From a virus, in IMG/VR virus record IMGVR_UViG_3300028800_000061, positions 64,001 through 128,000 of that record: a DNA stretch of 64,000 nt. One strand, written 5' to 3'. The notes below the pieces were generated by a model. That model was not told the DNA's origin. It saw only the letters and a program-made list of their open reading frames with translations, and searched no databases. A program made the position numbers and the translations under genes. Positions 1 through 9,319 of the stretch are shown piece by piece. Position 1 is the stretch's first letter, and the number at the start of each line of letters is the position of its first letter.

Positions 1-9
1 ACGAGAGGT

Positions 10-459
10 TTGCGAGCCATGAGAATGCCCATGTGTGCCAGCTTGGCTGTGGCCGCCCTAGCGACCGCAGGCGCCACCGTCCCCCTGGTGTCCGCCTCGG
101 CCGCGGCTAAGCTGCCATGCCACGCTTCGATGTCCGTCACCCACCCGTCGCACAACACCACCACGGATGCCAAGGTCACGACCGCGGGCGGGGCCTGGGT
201 GGCGACGTTCGCCCACTACAAGACGGTCCGGCGGGAGAAGACCACCCACGCGAACGCGGCCGGGCACGCCACCCTCGCCTACGACATCAGCAGGGCGACA
301 TACGGGTACAAGGTGGTGGTCACCGTCTACGTGGACAAGGGCACGCGGAAGGGCAGCTGCAAGACGTCGTTCACGCCCATGGCGGCGTCGGCTTCCACTC
401 CGGCCCCGAATCCCACACCGTCCGGACCGGCTCCCACACCCACCAGCACCCCCGGCTGA
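10..459 (+). CDS. secreted protein with Pro/Thr-rich tail
   Basis: Signal-peptide-like N-terminus (SLAVAALATAGATVPLVSASAAA), beta-rich body with a Cys pair, PT-rich C-terminus; start may be ATG 19. Confidence 0.6.
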   Translation: MRAMRMPMCASLAVAALATAGATVPLVSASAAAKLPCHASMSVTHPSHNTTTDAKVTTAGGAWVATFAHYKTVRREKTTHANAAGHATLAYDISRATYGYKVVVTVYVDKGTRKGSCKTSFTPMAASASTPAPNPTPSGPAPTPTSTPG

Positions 460-516
460 ACCCCTGCGCCGTGCCCCAGCCATCCAATGTCCGGCGGGCT
501 ATGTAGACTCCGGAGC

Positions 517-825
517 ATGGCAGCACGAAGTGTTCAGGTCACCCTGCATGTGGCGCTTGTCCTGCGGGAGTTCCTCGCGGACCCGGAGCGGCCCCGGTAC
601 GGCCTTGACCTGATGGGGGTCACCGGGATGCAGGCCGGGACCATGTACGTCATCCTCGCCCGGCTCACAGCCGCCGGGTGGCTGGACCGCGCCTGGGAAG
701 ACGTTGACCAGTCCGCAGCCGGGCGGCCCCGCCGCCGCTTCTACCGGCTCACCGGGGACGGCGAGCAGCTGGCCGCCGCCGCGCTGGCCGCGCTCAACGC
801 ACGGCTGCAGCCGCCAGCACCCTAG
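517..825 (+). CDS. PadR-family winged-helix transcriptional regulator
   Basis: RYGLDLM..GTMYVILARL..GWL..GRPRRRFYRLTGDG matches the PadR pattern. Confidence 0.85.
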   Translation: MAARSVQVTLHVALVLREFLADPERPRYGLDLMGVTGMQAGTMYVILARLTAAGWLDRAWEDVDQSAAGRPRRRFYRLTGDGEQLAAAALAALNARLQPPAP

Positions 826-1070
826 CCGCGGCGGGTGAGCACGGCCCAGATGTCGCGGCACCCAACATCCGGGTCGGCCCGCACCTCGCGGGCGAACGAG
901 CGCGCGAAACTGGCGGCGAAGACGGCGGCCAGGGCCCCGCACAGCGCGAGCGCGGCGGCAGCCCAGCCCTCGGTGCGGGCCAGCTCGCCGACGAGCAGGC
1001 CCCCGGTGAGCGGCCAGGCCGCACCGGGAACTGAGCGCAGGAGCCTGCGGGCACGTCTCATCCCGGGCAT
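822..1070 (-). CDS. small membrane protein
   Basis: Two hydrophobic stretches; converges on the PadR stop. Confidence 0.4.
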   Translation of the reverse strand: MPGMRRARRLLRSVPGAAWPLTGGLLVGELARTEGWAAAALALCGALAAVFAASFARSFAREVRADPDVGCRDIWAVLTRRG

Positions 1071-1098
1071 AGCATCCCACTGGGGATGACGTCGCACC

Positions 1099-1557
1099 AT
1101 GCCCGTTTGTCCGGCCGGTGGCAGAATGCCCCGCATGGCACACCGGGGGGCGCCAGCAGGCAGGTCGCGGGCACGCAGGGCGGACATTGTGGTCGGCGCC
1201 GTCGCCGCGGTCACCGTCATCGTGGTCGCCGCGGCGGGCGGCGGGGTCAGGGACGCTGCCGTGAGCGCCAGGTCCGGGCCCCGGACCGTCACCTATTTAG
1301 TGACCGGCTCCCCCGCTGCCGTGACGTACGGTCCCACGGGGATGGTGTTCATGTCGGGGGTGCCGCTGGACCGGACGGAACGGCTGCGGGCACCCCTGTA
1401 CTACGACATCCGGGCCCGGCTCCGCGGCGGCGGCCTGGTGCGGTGCGCCATCAAGGTTGGGCGGCGGGTGGTGGTGCGGGCCACGGCGGAGGGCAGGCAC
1501 GGCGTGGCCGTGTGCGAGGTGTCGCAGGACCCGGCCGGGCGGTGGCACGGTGACTGA
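1099..1557 (+). CDS. membrane-anchored protein, MmpS-like
   Basis: One TM segment, then RTVTYLVTG..VTYG and two C-terminal Cys as in MmpS-like proteins; start may be 1135. Confidence 0.5.
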   Translation: MPVCPAGGRMPRMAHRGAPAGRSRARRADIVVGAVAAVTVIVVAAAGGGVRDAAVSARSGPRTVTYLVTGSPAAVTYGPTGMVFMSGVPLDRTERLRAPLYYDIRARLRGGGLVRCAIKVGRRVVVRATAEGRHGVAVCEVSQDPAGRWHGD

Positions 1558-1891
1558 CGGGGCGGCACCCGGCTCTCCCCGGCCATCGCTGGAGCGCGCC
1601 ATGCCAGCTGACGCGGTGCCCGGCTCCACCGTCCCGGAAGACACCGAGGCCGAGGTCCTGATGAGTGATGGAACGTGGGATGTCGTGCGGGTGATGGGCC
1701 AGCGGCGCGACCGGCACGGCCGGTGGTGCATCGGGCTCCGGTGGTTCGCCGGCCCGGCGGCAGGCGGCAGGGAGGGATGGTTCCTGCTCGACCGGGGGCG
1801 CATCAGGCGCCCCCGGTCGAGCAGGCTAAGCGGCCCGGCCCGGGAAGCCCCTTTGCGCCATGGCAGGGCGGGTTCGCCGTTCACGTGGTAG
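1550..1891 (+). CDS. hypothetical protein
   Basis: GTG overlaps the end of the upstream gene; globular-looking core. Confidence 0.4.
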   Translation: MTDGAAPGSPRPSLERAMPADAVPGSTVPEDTEAEVLMSDGTWDVVRVMGQRRDRHGRWCIGLRWFAGPAAGGREGWFLLDRGRIRRPRSSRLSGPAREAPLRHGRAGSPFTW

Positions 1892-1948
1892 GCCCGTAGC
1901 GCGCTTGCACGGGACAACTCCGGGACTGACGCCTCCCGGGCCGGACGT

Positions 1949-2245
1949 TCAGTACCTGTGCCAGTTCTCCGGGTCGTCAGGGTCGTAGGTGAAAACGAGC
2001 ACGGCGGTGCCCGGGTCGCCTTGCTGCTCGCCGAGCCAGACCGAGATCCGCAGGGGCAATGAGAGCCACTGGTTCGCGGCGGCCTCGTCAAGCCGGCTGC
2101 TCAGGACGTCCTCAACATAGGCGCGAGGTTCGTCGCTGGTGGTTTCGGTGCCGGCCTGGCCAGGTTCAGCCATCCAGATCTTCGACGGCTCAGCGATCGG
2201 CAGGCCGTCATCGCTGGCCTCAATGAGGTAGGTGTAGGTAGGCAT
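1949..2245 (-). CDS. hypothetical protein
   Basis: MPTYTYLIEASDDG..., translationally coupled to the upstream gene. Confidence 0.55.
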   Translation of the reverse strand: MPTYTYLIEASDDGLPIAEPSKIWMAEPGQAGTETTSDEPRAYVEDVLSSRLDEAAANQWLSLPLRISVWLGEQQGDPGTAVLVFTYDPDDPENWHRY

Positions 2246-2580
2246 CAGGCACTCTCTCTGTGCGGGCCCGCCTCGGCGCGTTTGTGCGCTTCCGCGGCCC
2301 TGTCCGCGCGGGCATCGTAGCCAGTGTCGCGTTCCATGTCCCCTGCGTACTGGTGACGCGGCGAGCCGTCCGGCCAGTAGTCGACGAGCAGCTCGGCGTC
2401 GTGCTCGTCGCAGTTCCCGAACGATGCGCCAGGCTTCGATAGGGTGCCGCAGATTTTCGGCGCACCCCAGTTGCCGTACTCGACCAGCCACCCGCAGATC
2501 CCAGCCCGGAACGCGGCGGTCTCCTCTTCGGTGAACCGGTCGGGGTCGGTGTCCGGTGTGATGATCCGGTTGCGGTCCAT
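2245..2580 (-). CDS. hypothetical protein
   Basis: MDRNRIITPD..., purine-rich RBS, several Cys/His residues. Confidence 0.55.
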   Translation of the reverse strand: MDRNRIITPDTDPDRFTEEETAAFRAGICGWLVEYGNWGAPKICGTLSKPGASFGNCDEHDAELLVDYWPDGSPRHQYAGDMERDTGYDARADRAAEAHKRAEAGPHRESA

Positions 2581-2594
2581 GCTGATTTCCCCTA

Positions 2595-3149
2595 TCAAGT
2601 TGCGTCGATCACACCTACGGTCGGCTGCCGTTTCTGGCGTCGCTGCTCGACCAGTGCGGGATCTGGCCGGGGTCTTTCGAGTAGCCAGGCGTCGGTGCAT
2701 TTGGCGTGCACCCACGCACCTCGAGGCGGGTTGAACTCCGGGTGCCGCACGGGGACCTCGTAGGTGTAGTAGCCGGTCTCGGGCAGCTCGTCCGGGTCGT
2801 TGACCGCGCACAGGTCGGTGCCGCAGTACCGGCACCCGCCCGGCACCCGCACCGGCGGTGTGTTCACGCAGCACGGCCCGAACGTCTGCGGGATGGTCAC
2901 CAGGATCGTCCCGCAGTAGCACGGGCGCAACGGCATCCCCATGTACCCGAGATCCTGCGGGGTGCGCGGGCAACCGTACGGGTGGCCATCCAGTGAGCAA
3001 TCGACGATGCAGCGGCGGCATTGCGGGCCGTGGCCGGCTGGCCACTCCCCCGCGCGCTGCGCGCCGCACAACTGCCCTGGCACGGCGGCCCGGCCGACCG
3101 GCCGGTTGTGCCACGCTTCCCACTCCGACCAGTCGTGGCCTGCGGTCAC
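2595..3149 (-). CDS. Cys-rich putative zinc-binding protein
   Basis: Several CxxC pairs and a WVHAKC motif; overlaps its neighbour in operon fashion. Confidence 0.55.
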   Translation of the reverse strand: MTAGHDWSEWEAWHNRPVGRAAVPGQLCGAQRAGEWPAGHGPQCRRCIVDCSLDGHPYGCPRTPQDLGYMGMPLRPCYCGTILVTIPQTFGPCCVNTPPVRVPGGCRYCGTDLCAVNDPDELPETGYYTYEVPVRHPEFNPPRGAWVHAKCTDAWLLERPRPDPALVEQRRQKRQPTVGVIDAT

Positions 3150-3553
3150 TGGCTCGCCCTGTCCGCAGGTAGAAGGTCACCTGATCGCCACGGCTCGTCT
3201 TCGTAACGCCAGGACCAGCGCAGTTGGCACCCGGTCAGTTGTGCACCGAGAGCGCGCATCAGCTGCAGGTGGCGGCGCCGGTCAGCATCGGGCTCCCCCG
3301 AGCCTGTGGTGAATGAAACCAGGACGTAACCTGCTGGCCAGGTTTCGTCTTCCTTGTTGTTTTCCTTGTAGAGTCCGCCAGCGGCCGGGAAATGCACGCT
3401 TACCCGGGCAGGCCCCGGTCTTTGGAGCATGTGGTGAATGCCATCGAGATTGGTCAGGTGCCAGGCCCGGTCTGATGCTGGCAGGCCCGGGCCGAGACAC
3501 ACCGCGTGAGGATCAACTGGGTCTTGGATGATAACGGCTGAGTCGGCGCTCAT
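3146..3553 (-). CDS. hypothetical protein
   Basis: 4-nt start/stop overlaps with both neighbours. Confidence 0.5.
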   Translation of the reverse strand: MSADSAVIIQDPVDPHAVCLGPGLPASDRAWHLTNLDGIHHMLQRPGPARVSVHFPAAGGLYKENNKEDETWPAGYVLVSFTTGSGEPDADRRRHLQLMRALGAQLTGCQLRWSWRYEDEPWRSGDLLPADRASQ

Positions 3554-3795
3554 CGCTTGTCCTGCCGTATCGTCATGCGCTCAGCCATCTCCCGGGGCGT
3601 GATGAGCGCCGCGGCGACCTCGGCCTCATCCAGCCAGTACAGGGCATCACCATGGTCCTGAAAACCGAACTGGCGGCGGGCCTCAGCGACCGCCTCAGTG
3701 GCACCCCGCCGCCCGCCAGCGTGCGCCAGGACGTTCGCCGCCCGGCGTTCCAGTTCTCCCGCTGTCAGATCGGCGTTCCTGGTGATCAGCTTCAT
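3550..3795 (-). CDS. hypothetical protein
   Basis: RBS GAAAGGA before ATG 3795. Confidence 0.55.
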   Translation of the reverse strand: MKLITRNADLTAGELERRAANVLAHAGGRRGATEAVAEARRQFGFQDHGDALYWLDEAEVAAALITPREMAERMTIRQDKR

Positions 3796-3836
3796 GGCCG
3801 TTCCTTTCCGGGGGTCAGAGCTGGTCCGGGTGCACT

Positions 3837-4301
3837 TCAAGCAGCAAGATCCGTGCAGGTATGCCGCTTGCCATCAGGGACAAGGACGCTGCACTTGCGG
3901 CACTGGCGGAACACTTTCGCATCAGCCGGGAATCCTCGCTCGGTGCCATCCCAGTCCGATGGGGATCGGGTGCCGCAGTGGAGGTCGATGGCATGTCTCC
4001 ACGCTTCCTCGGCGCCGCCAGCGGCGGTGAGCGCGTGCCTCTCAGGCCGCACAATGCTGTAGGTGCATCCCCGGACTATCTCGTTCTCCTGCGCGGAGTC
4101 CGCAAAGATGATGTGGTCCACAGCGGCCCGCGTCTGGAACTTGCGCCATCCGCTCCGAGCGCCGAACACCTCCACAAGGAGCAGTACGTTTGGGTTCCCC
4201 TCGTGGAGGAACCTCAGCCCGTACTCTTTCCCGACTACGTGGTTTGGCACGGAAGGCTCATTGACGATCATTTTCCCGTCCGCACGCCATTGCTGCTTCA
4301 T
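3837..4301 (-). CDS. hypothetical protein with C-terminal zinc ribbon
   Basis: RBS AAAGGAG; C-terminal CRKC..HTC. Confidence 0.55.
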   Translation of the reverse strand: MKQQWRADGKMIVNEPSVPNHVVGKEYGLRFLHEGNPNVLLLVEVFGARSGWRKFQTRAAVDHIIFADSAQENEIVRGCTYSIVRPERHALTAAGGAEEAWRHAIDLHCGTRSPSDWDGTERGFPADAKVFRQCRKCSVLVPDGKRHTCTDLAA

Positions 4302-4305
4302 CCCG

Positions 4306-4662
4306 TCACTCCTTTCGCGATCGGCCCTTGGGGGTGATGTAGTAGATGGGCTCCCAGCTCCACCGCGGTAGCCGGCCGGGCCGCCTGATCTGCCGCTCCC
4401 ACGGTGTGAGTGTCACCGGGTAGCCGAGTTCGGCCGTGACCGCGGCTTCCAGGGTCGCTTGTTCGGTGTCGCGGGAGTCGGTGAACAGTTGTGGTGCCCA
4501 GTGGCCGCCGTGGCAGGCGTCGTAGTCCGGGCGCAGTAGCAGTTCCCAGCCGCCATCTTCCTCGGTGGCCGTGTCGCCGAGCATGAACGCGGGCCACCAG
4601 GCGAGCACGTGGGTGGCGGCCGCGGGCGCCACCGGGTCGGCTGCGGCTGTCTGGAGGCTCAT
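4306..4662 (-). CDS. hypothetical protein
   Basis: ATGA overlap with the upstream gene. Confidence 0.5.
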   Translation of the reverse strand: MSLQTAAADPVAPAAATHVLAWWPAFMLGDTATEEDGGWELLLRPDYDACHGGHWAPQLFTDSRDTEQATLEAAVTAELGYPVTLTPWERQIRRPGRLPRWSWEPIYYITPKGRSRKE

Positions 4663-4871
4663 TGCTCGATCTCGATGGCCCGAATGGCGCCGGCGCGGAC
4701 GAGGCGCTCGCGATCCGGGCCGCCAAGCGTGAGCCGGCATGTGATCCGGGCCACGACTTCGGGCTTCCCTTCCATGAGCTTCCGGAATTCGTCCACGTGC
4801 AGTTCGTCTGCACCTGTTTTGATCAGGGTTTGCGGGCCGTTTCCAAAATCACAGATGATGAGCAAGTTCAC
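4659..4871 (-). CDS. hypothetical protein, first gene of leftward operon
   Basis: GGAGGA RBS, then GTG AAC TTG CTC ATC. Confidence 0.55.
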   Translation of the reverse strand: MNLLIICDFGNGPQTLIKTGADELHVDEFRKLMEGKPEVVARITCRLTLGGPDRERLVRAGAIRAIEIEQ

Positions 4872-4890
4872 AAGGTTCCTCCGGGGATGT

Positions 4891-4965
4891 TTGTACGTAC
4901 CATCGCACCGTACGTCAATAATGCGTGATCTTGTACGTACAACACGCCCGGGTTTTGCGTACGTG
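4891..4965. promoter_or_regulatory. GTACGT palindrome cluster, putative operator of the leftward operon
   Basis: TTGTACGTAC at 4891 and 4931 (full palindrome TTGTACGTACAA 4931-4942), CGTACGT near 4909 and 4958, minus-strand TTGACG at 4918-4913. Confidence 0.55.
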
Positions 4966-5172
4966 GCATGCTCCGGCCGGAACCGCCCGCGACTGCGATC
5001 GCGGACGGCACCAGGCCGGGGGCAGGATGGGTCCATGCGGTAACGCTGGGCCGCTTCTCGGGCTGTGAGCGCTCTCGGGGAACCAGAACGTCCTGCCCCC
5101 AATCGGCCCTATACGCCTACACCGGGCGCGTTCCCTCACCAGGGCTGACATGGTGGAAGTAAGTTCGCGCGC

Positions 5173-5409
5173 GTGACTCCACGCAAGCCACCCCGCCCTG
5201 GGGCTGTGCCCCGGCCAAGAACTGGCTCGCCCGCGTTCCTCACCAACGAGGACCTGGCCGCCCGGTACGGGGTGGCCGTGGACACCATACGCACCTGGCG
5301 GAAACAAGGCCAAGGTCCGGTGGCGACGAAACTGGTCAGCTTGGTGCGGTACGCGATCGCGGATGTCACATCCTGGGAGAACGCCGGCCGGGAAGACGGC
5401 CCGCGGTGA
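5173..5409 (+). CDS. Xis/AlpA-like helix-turn-helix DNA-binding protein
   Basis: FLTNEDLAARYGVAVDTIRTWRKQGQGP..VRYAIADV is an HTH_17/excisionase-like pattern. Confidence 0.8.
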   Translation: MTPRKPPRPGAVPRPRTGSPAFLTNEDLAARYGVAVDTIRTWRKQGQGPVATKLVSLVRYAIADVTSWENAGREDGPR

Positions 5410-5894
5410 GGGCCAGCGGGCTGGCCGGCGGTGCGTGTTTCGCAGCCGGGCTGGCAGTAGGCAGCTTCCTCAGCTGGGCCCGTTACCGGGCGCTGATCCG
5501 GCACCGGGACGCGGCCCGCCGCGACGACCTTTTCGCCGAGTTCGCGCAAGGGTGCGCTCACCTGTCGACAGCCGCGAGGATGTACCCGGGATCGCTGATC
5601 CCCGGCGCGCAGGAGCGGGCGTTGCGCCAGGGCCTGATGCCCGCGGTAGAGAAGGTCACCGCGGCCGCCACTTCACTGTCCATGCTGAGCGGTGCGTTCA
5701 GTGAGGCCGTCAGCGAGCTCCCCCGCGCCGTGGACGCCCTGATCAAGAGTGTCGGCCAGCCGGATGACATCCGCACCGCAGCCGATAGCGAACTGCAGGC
5801 GGTGCTCACCCTGGTCCGCCGGGCCCGCGACGAGTCCGCCCGCGGCGCCCTGCGGCGCAGGCTGAATCCGGCCGGTGTCGTGTGGAGAAACTGA
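5406..5894 (+). CDS. membrane-anchored helical protein
   Basis: N-terminal TM segment; GTGA overlap. Confidence 0.5.
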   Translation: MRASGLAGGACFAAGLAVGSFLSWARYRALIRHRDAARRDDLFAEFAQGCAHLSTAARMYPGSLIPGAQERALRQGLMPAVEKVTAAATSLSMLSGAFSEAVSELPRAVDALIKSVGQPDDIRTAADSELQAVLTLVRRARDESARGALRRRLNPAGVVWRN

Positions 5895-6363
5895 TCCGCC
5901 GGTGGGTGCTCACGGCCGTGGCCGCGGCCCAGTCGGAGTGGGAGCGCCCATCCCGTATCACGGTGATCCTGATGGTCGCTTTCACGTGGGGCCTGGCCGT
6001 CGCCGCCTGCGTGTTCTCTGTGTGGCATCCGTGGAGCCGGTTACCGGTGAGCAGTGGTCGCGGCTGCCTGCGGCACTGCAAACTGTCACCCCGATCTTGT
6101 GCTGCCAGGGTTGCCGCCGCACCAAAAACCGCCTGACCGAAGATCCGACAGATCTTTTCCCCGCCGACAGGTGCGGCGAGTGCCAGCCGCGGGAGTGCAC
6201 CGTGTGCGGGCGCATGGACTCAGCGGATGATCATTGCCCGTGCTGGATCAGCCTCGATGGCATGCCACTAGCGGACATCAAAAGCTTGTTCGCAGCCGAC
6301 GGCACATTCCACGTCGGCGGGCTCGCCAGCGAGGGCGGGGAAGGGCATGAGGCCGGTGCTTAA
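5875..6363 (+). CDS. Cys-rich hypothetical protein (start uncertain)
   Basis: CQGC, CGEC, CTVC and CPC in the 3' half; 5' half overlaps the alternative membrane ORF 5882-6136. Confidence 0.4.
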   Translation: MSCGETDPPVGAHGRGRGPVGVGAPIPYHGDPDGRFHVGPGRRRLRVLCVASVEPVTGEQWSRLPAALQTVTPILCCQGCRRTKNRLTEDPTDLFPADRCGECQPRECTVCGRMDSADDHCPCWISLDGMPLADIKSLFAADGTFHVGGLASEGGEGHEAGA

Positions 6364-6595
6364 ACTGCGTTGCCAATCCGCCGATGGGCACCCTGTGCTG
6401 CTGCTCGGGCTGACCCCAGCGAACATCGAGCGACTGACCGGCGGCTCCCCCATTGTCCTCGATCCGGCCGATCTGGGGGACCTGGCGCTGCCACCGATGA
6501 TGGTTATCGTCCACTACGGCCAGACGGATGCTGCCATTCTCGCCGAGGTGGACACGCGCGGTGTGGTCATCATCGCGGCGCCGCCACAGGATTGA
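6347..6595 (+). CDS. hypothetical phage protein
   Basis: VLLLGLTPANIERL..G.PIV..YGQTDAAI; upstream GGGAAGGG RBS. Confidence 0.6.
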   Translation: MRPVLKLRCQSADGHPVLLLGLTPANIERLTGGSPIVLDPADLGDLALPPMMVIVHYGQTDAAILAEVDTRGVVIIAAPPQD

Positions 6596-6620
6596 CAGAG
6601 CCGGATGTTACCGTTCCGGA

Positions 6621-7097
6621 ATGCTTGAGTTGCGTGCTGCCTGCGGCCTGCCTGGCTCGGGGAAGACAACCGAGGGCCGGCGTTGGGTGAGCGCCGATCC
6701 TGACCACCGGGCGTACGTCGACCGGGATAGCCTGCGGGCCATGCTGCATGACGGCAGGTTTGTCGCGGATATCACCGAGCCGGTCATTGTCGCCGCCGAG
6801 ACAGCGCTGATCCGGGCACTGCTCGCCCGCGGGATCTCCGTGTTCTGCGGTGACACGAACTTCCCTGAGCCGGTGATGGCCATGTGGGTGGAGCTGGCCG
6901 CCGAGGCGGGCGCGGTGTTCACAGTGGCCGATCTGCGGGATGTGCCCCTGCTGGTGTGCATCGGCCGGGACGCGAAGCGGCCGTGCCCGGGCGGCGGCCT
7001 GCGGTCGGCCGGTGAGGGATCGCAGGTCGGTGAAGCGGTTATCCGCCGGTACCACACGCAGTACATCGAGGGCAGGTCCCCGGTCATGGCGAGCTGA
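6621..7097 (+). CDS. AAA_33 / polynucleotide-kinase-like P-loop kinase
   Basis: GLPGSGKTT Walker A, VDRDSLRAML, DTN and VPLLVCIGRDAKR resemble the kinase domain of T4 PNK. Confidence 0.8.
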   Translation: MLELRAACGLPGSGKTTEGRRWVSADPDHRAYVDRDSLRAMLHDGRFVADITEPVIVAAETALIRALLARGISVFCGDTNFPEPVMAMWVELAAEAGAVFTVADLRDVPLLVCIGRDAKRPCPGGGLRSAGEGSQVGEAVIRRYHTQYIEGRSPVMAS

Positions 7098-7331
7098 GCG
7101 CCCGGTCCTCTCCCCCGCGCCCGGGTGCGTGCAAGCTGGGGCCCAGTTGGGGGTTGAGTAACCGGGGGTTCCCAGCCCGCACACACCCTGTGACGGGCAA
7201 GGGTGATTTTAACGCATTGTGACCGGGTCTGGACAGGTTTGCGGTTGTCCTGTTAGGTAGATCATTGGGGTGGCAACAGTAAACCAGCAGTAACCCGGGG
7301 GACGGGGCGGGCAATGGTAACTGCGTGTTGT

Positions 7332-7361
7332 TTGACAATACTAGGTTTAACTTGGTATTAT
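7332..7361 (+). promoter_or_regulatory. sigma70/HrdB-type promoter
   Basis: TTGACA-N18-TATTAT in an AT-rich intergenic region upstream of 7409. Confidence 0.55.
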
Positions 7362-7408
7362 CCGGCTATGCAAAGTTACAGTGCGCGTGGGAGCGGGGGC
7401 TCAGCGTA

Positions 7409-7684
7409 ATGCGCAAACGATTCACCCCCGCCGAACGTAAGCAGTTCACCCCCGGAACATCCGTCGAGTGGCGGAACGGCGGCCACTGGCACCCCGGCAC
7501 GATCTCCGGCCCCATCGAAACCAACAATGGCTGGCACTCGATTCCCCTGACGAACCACGCCGACACGCGCACCGTCGTGTCCGGCCAGCGCATCAGCGGC
7601 AGCCCCGCTTTCATCCGGCTCCCCGCTCCCCCAGCCGCCGAAGCCGCCACAGTGACACAACCCGCCCCGGAGTCGCTGGTCTAA
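7409..7684 (+). CDS. small SH3-like hypothetical protein
   Basis: FTPGTSVEWRNGGHWHPGTI beta-barrel-like pattern. Confidence 0.5.
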   Translation: MRKRFTPAERKQFTPGTSVEWRNGGHWHPGTISGPIETNNGWHSIPLTNHADTRTVVSGQRISGSPAFIRLPAPPAAEAATVTQPAPESLV

Positions 7685-7728
7685 GAGCGCCCCCGGCCAA
7701 CACCCCCGCGCAGACGGAAGGAAACCAC

Positions 7729-8004
7729 ATGGCACGTATCCCACTCCCCCGCACGCTGATGCTGCGCCTCGCGCTACCCGCCGGCGTAGCCCGCCACTTC
7801 ACCGGCGATGAGATCGAAACCCTGGTACGCACCGCCGGCGAGGTCACCGGCGGCGGCTTGACCGAGGATGATCTCAGCACGCACCAATGCGACCTGGCCG
7901 TTCAGGTCTGGAATGCCCAGAACGACCTCGATGCGATGCTCCTGGAGCGCGCCCCTGGCGGCCGTGCGATCGCCCGCAATTCCCGCTCTCGCCCTCGCAG
8001 ATGA
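7729..8004 (+). CDS. hypothetical protein
   Basis: GAAGGA RBS; ATGA overlap with NADAR. Confidence 0.55.
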   Translation: MARIPLPRTLMLRLALPAGVARHFTGDEIETLVRTAGEVTGGGLTEDDLSTHQCDLAVQVWNAQNDLDAMLLERAPGGRAIARNSRSRPRR

Positions 8005-8711
8005 TGCCCGAACCCGACCCGGTCGCACACCGGGATCTAGCTGCCGTGATCGCCCAGCAAGCCACGGCGATCGCCGATGGCCGCGCGAGCAGTGCCTCGG
8101 CACAGGATCTGCTCAGCAAAGCGCCGATGCTGGCATCGTGGACAAGCCCGGGCCCGCTCACAGTCGCCGGGCTTGCTGACCTGATGGCAGGCGGCTACCA
8201 GCCACAGTTTCTCTACTTCTGGCAACCACCTGACTCCTCGTGCCTGGGCCTGGATGCGTCATGCCTATCCCAGTGGTACCGGGCATCGTTCACGGTCAAC
8301 AGCGAGTGGTATCCGACCGCTGAGCACTACATGATGACAATGAAAGCAGGGACCTTCGGCGATCTGGGCACTGCCCGGCGGATACGGAACGCACCTCATC
8401 CCCGCGATGCCCGCTCGCTCGGCCGCAAGATCACGCCGTTCGATGAGGCCATATGGGCGAGGAACCCGGTCCAGGTCGTCACCAGGGGAAACCTGGCAAA
8501 GTTCTCCCAGAATCTGTCGCTGCGAGAGTACCTGCTGTCCACAGGCGACAAAGTCCTCGTCGAGGCCAGCCCGCACGATCCGGTATGGGGCATTGGCCTG
8601 GCCGCCGGTCACCCGCAAGCCGCCGACCCGCGGCGCTGGCGCGGGCTCAACCTGCTCGGCTTCATCCTCATGGACGTCCGAACTCAACTGCAGACGTCCA
8701 GCCGGCTCTGA
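8001..8711 (+). CDS. NADAR (YbiA-like) family protein
   Basis: CLSQWY, PTAEHYMM..KA..FGD, LVEASPHDPVWGIGL and WRGLNLLGFILMDVR are NADAR signature motifs. Confidence 0.9.
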   Translation: MMPEPDPVAHRDLAAVIAQQATAIADGRASSASAQDLLSKAPMLASWTSPGPLTVAGLADLMAGGYQPQFLYFWQPPDSSCLGLDASCLSQWYRASFTVNSEWYPTAEHYMMTMKAGTFGDLGTARRIRNAPHPRDARSLGRKITPFDEAIWARNPVQVVTRGNLAKFSQNLSLREYLLSTGDKVLVEASPHDPVWGIGLAAGHPQAADPRRWRGLNLLGFILMDVRTQLQTSSRL

Positions 8712-8782
8712 GTTTCCCCCTGGGGATGCACCCCCAGATCTGGTGCCTCACTACTTCTCCCATCTGCCGGAGGCAAGGACCC

Positions 8783-9319
8783 ATGACGGTCATACCAGTC
8801 GATCATGCGATGTGCAGGGATGTCTTGCGTGCGCTAGCAGGCGCCGGCGGCGCCCAGCGGGTGATGCACAGCCTGGGGGCGATGTCCTGGCTGACCCGCG
8901 CCGGCACCCGGCATCCGGCCATGGCTGTGAGAGTCCCTCCCGGGCAGAAGGAGCGGCTGCAGGCACGCGCTGACGCGGCCGGGGTGACACTCAGCCAGCT
9001 CGCCCGGGCACGATTCGCCGAACCGGAGGACTGGATGCACGGGCACTGGGAGGCGATCTGCGAGTGGGCCGTGGTGCACCGGCTGCCCGTTCAGATGGTC
9101 CGGGACATCCTGGCGATCGGCGCGACCCACGAGTACGAGCCGGAGGACAACCGGCGCCCAGAGATGCGCGTATTCGATACGGCCATGCAGCTCGCTGCCC
9201 GGATGCCAGGCATGAGTCATGATGCTGCGTACCACGCGGCCCGTGCGTGGCTGCTGGCGATGGATTTCCCTCCTGAGAGTGTGTTAGCCGGTCGCACGAT
9301 CGCACTGTGTGACGCATAG
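8783..9319 (+). CDS. ribbon-helix-helix domain protein
   Basis: HPAMAVRVPPGQKERLQARADAAGVTLSQLARARF resembles CopG/Arc RHH. Confidence 0.55.
   Translation: MTVIPVDHAMCRDVLRALAGAGGAQRVMHSLGAMSWLTRAGTRHPAMAVRVPPGQKERLQARADAAGVTLSQLARARFAEPEDWMHGHWEAICEWAVVHRLPVQMVRDILAIGATHEYEPEDNRRPEMRVFDTAMQLAARMPGMSHDAAYHAARAWLLAMDFPPESVLAGRTIALCDA

Noticed and set aside
5173-5409. Excisionase implying an integration module
   Set aside because: No tyrosine or serine integrase, att site or tRNA seen in the window
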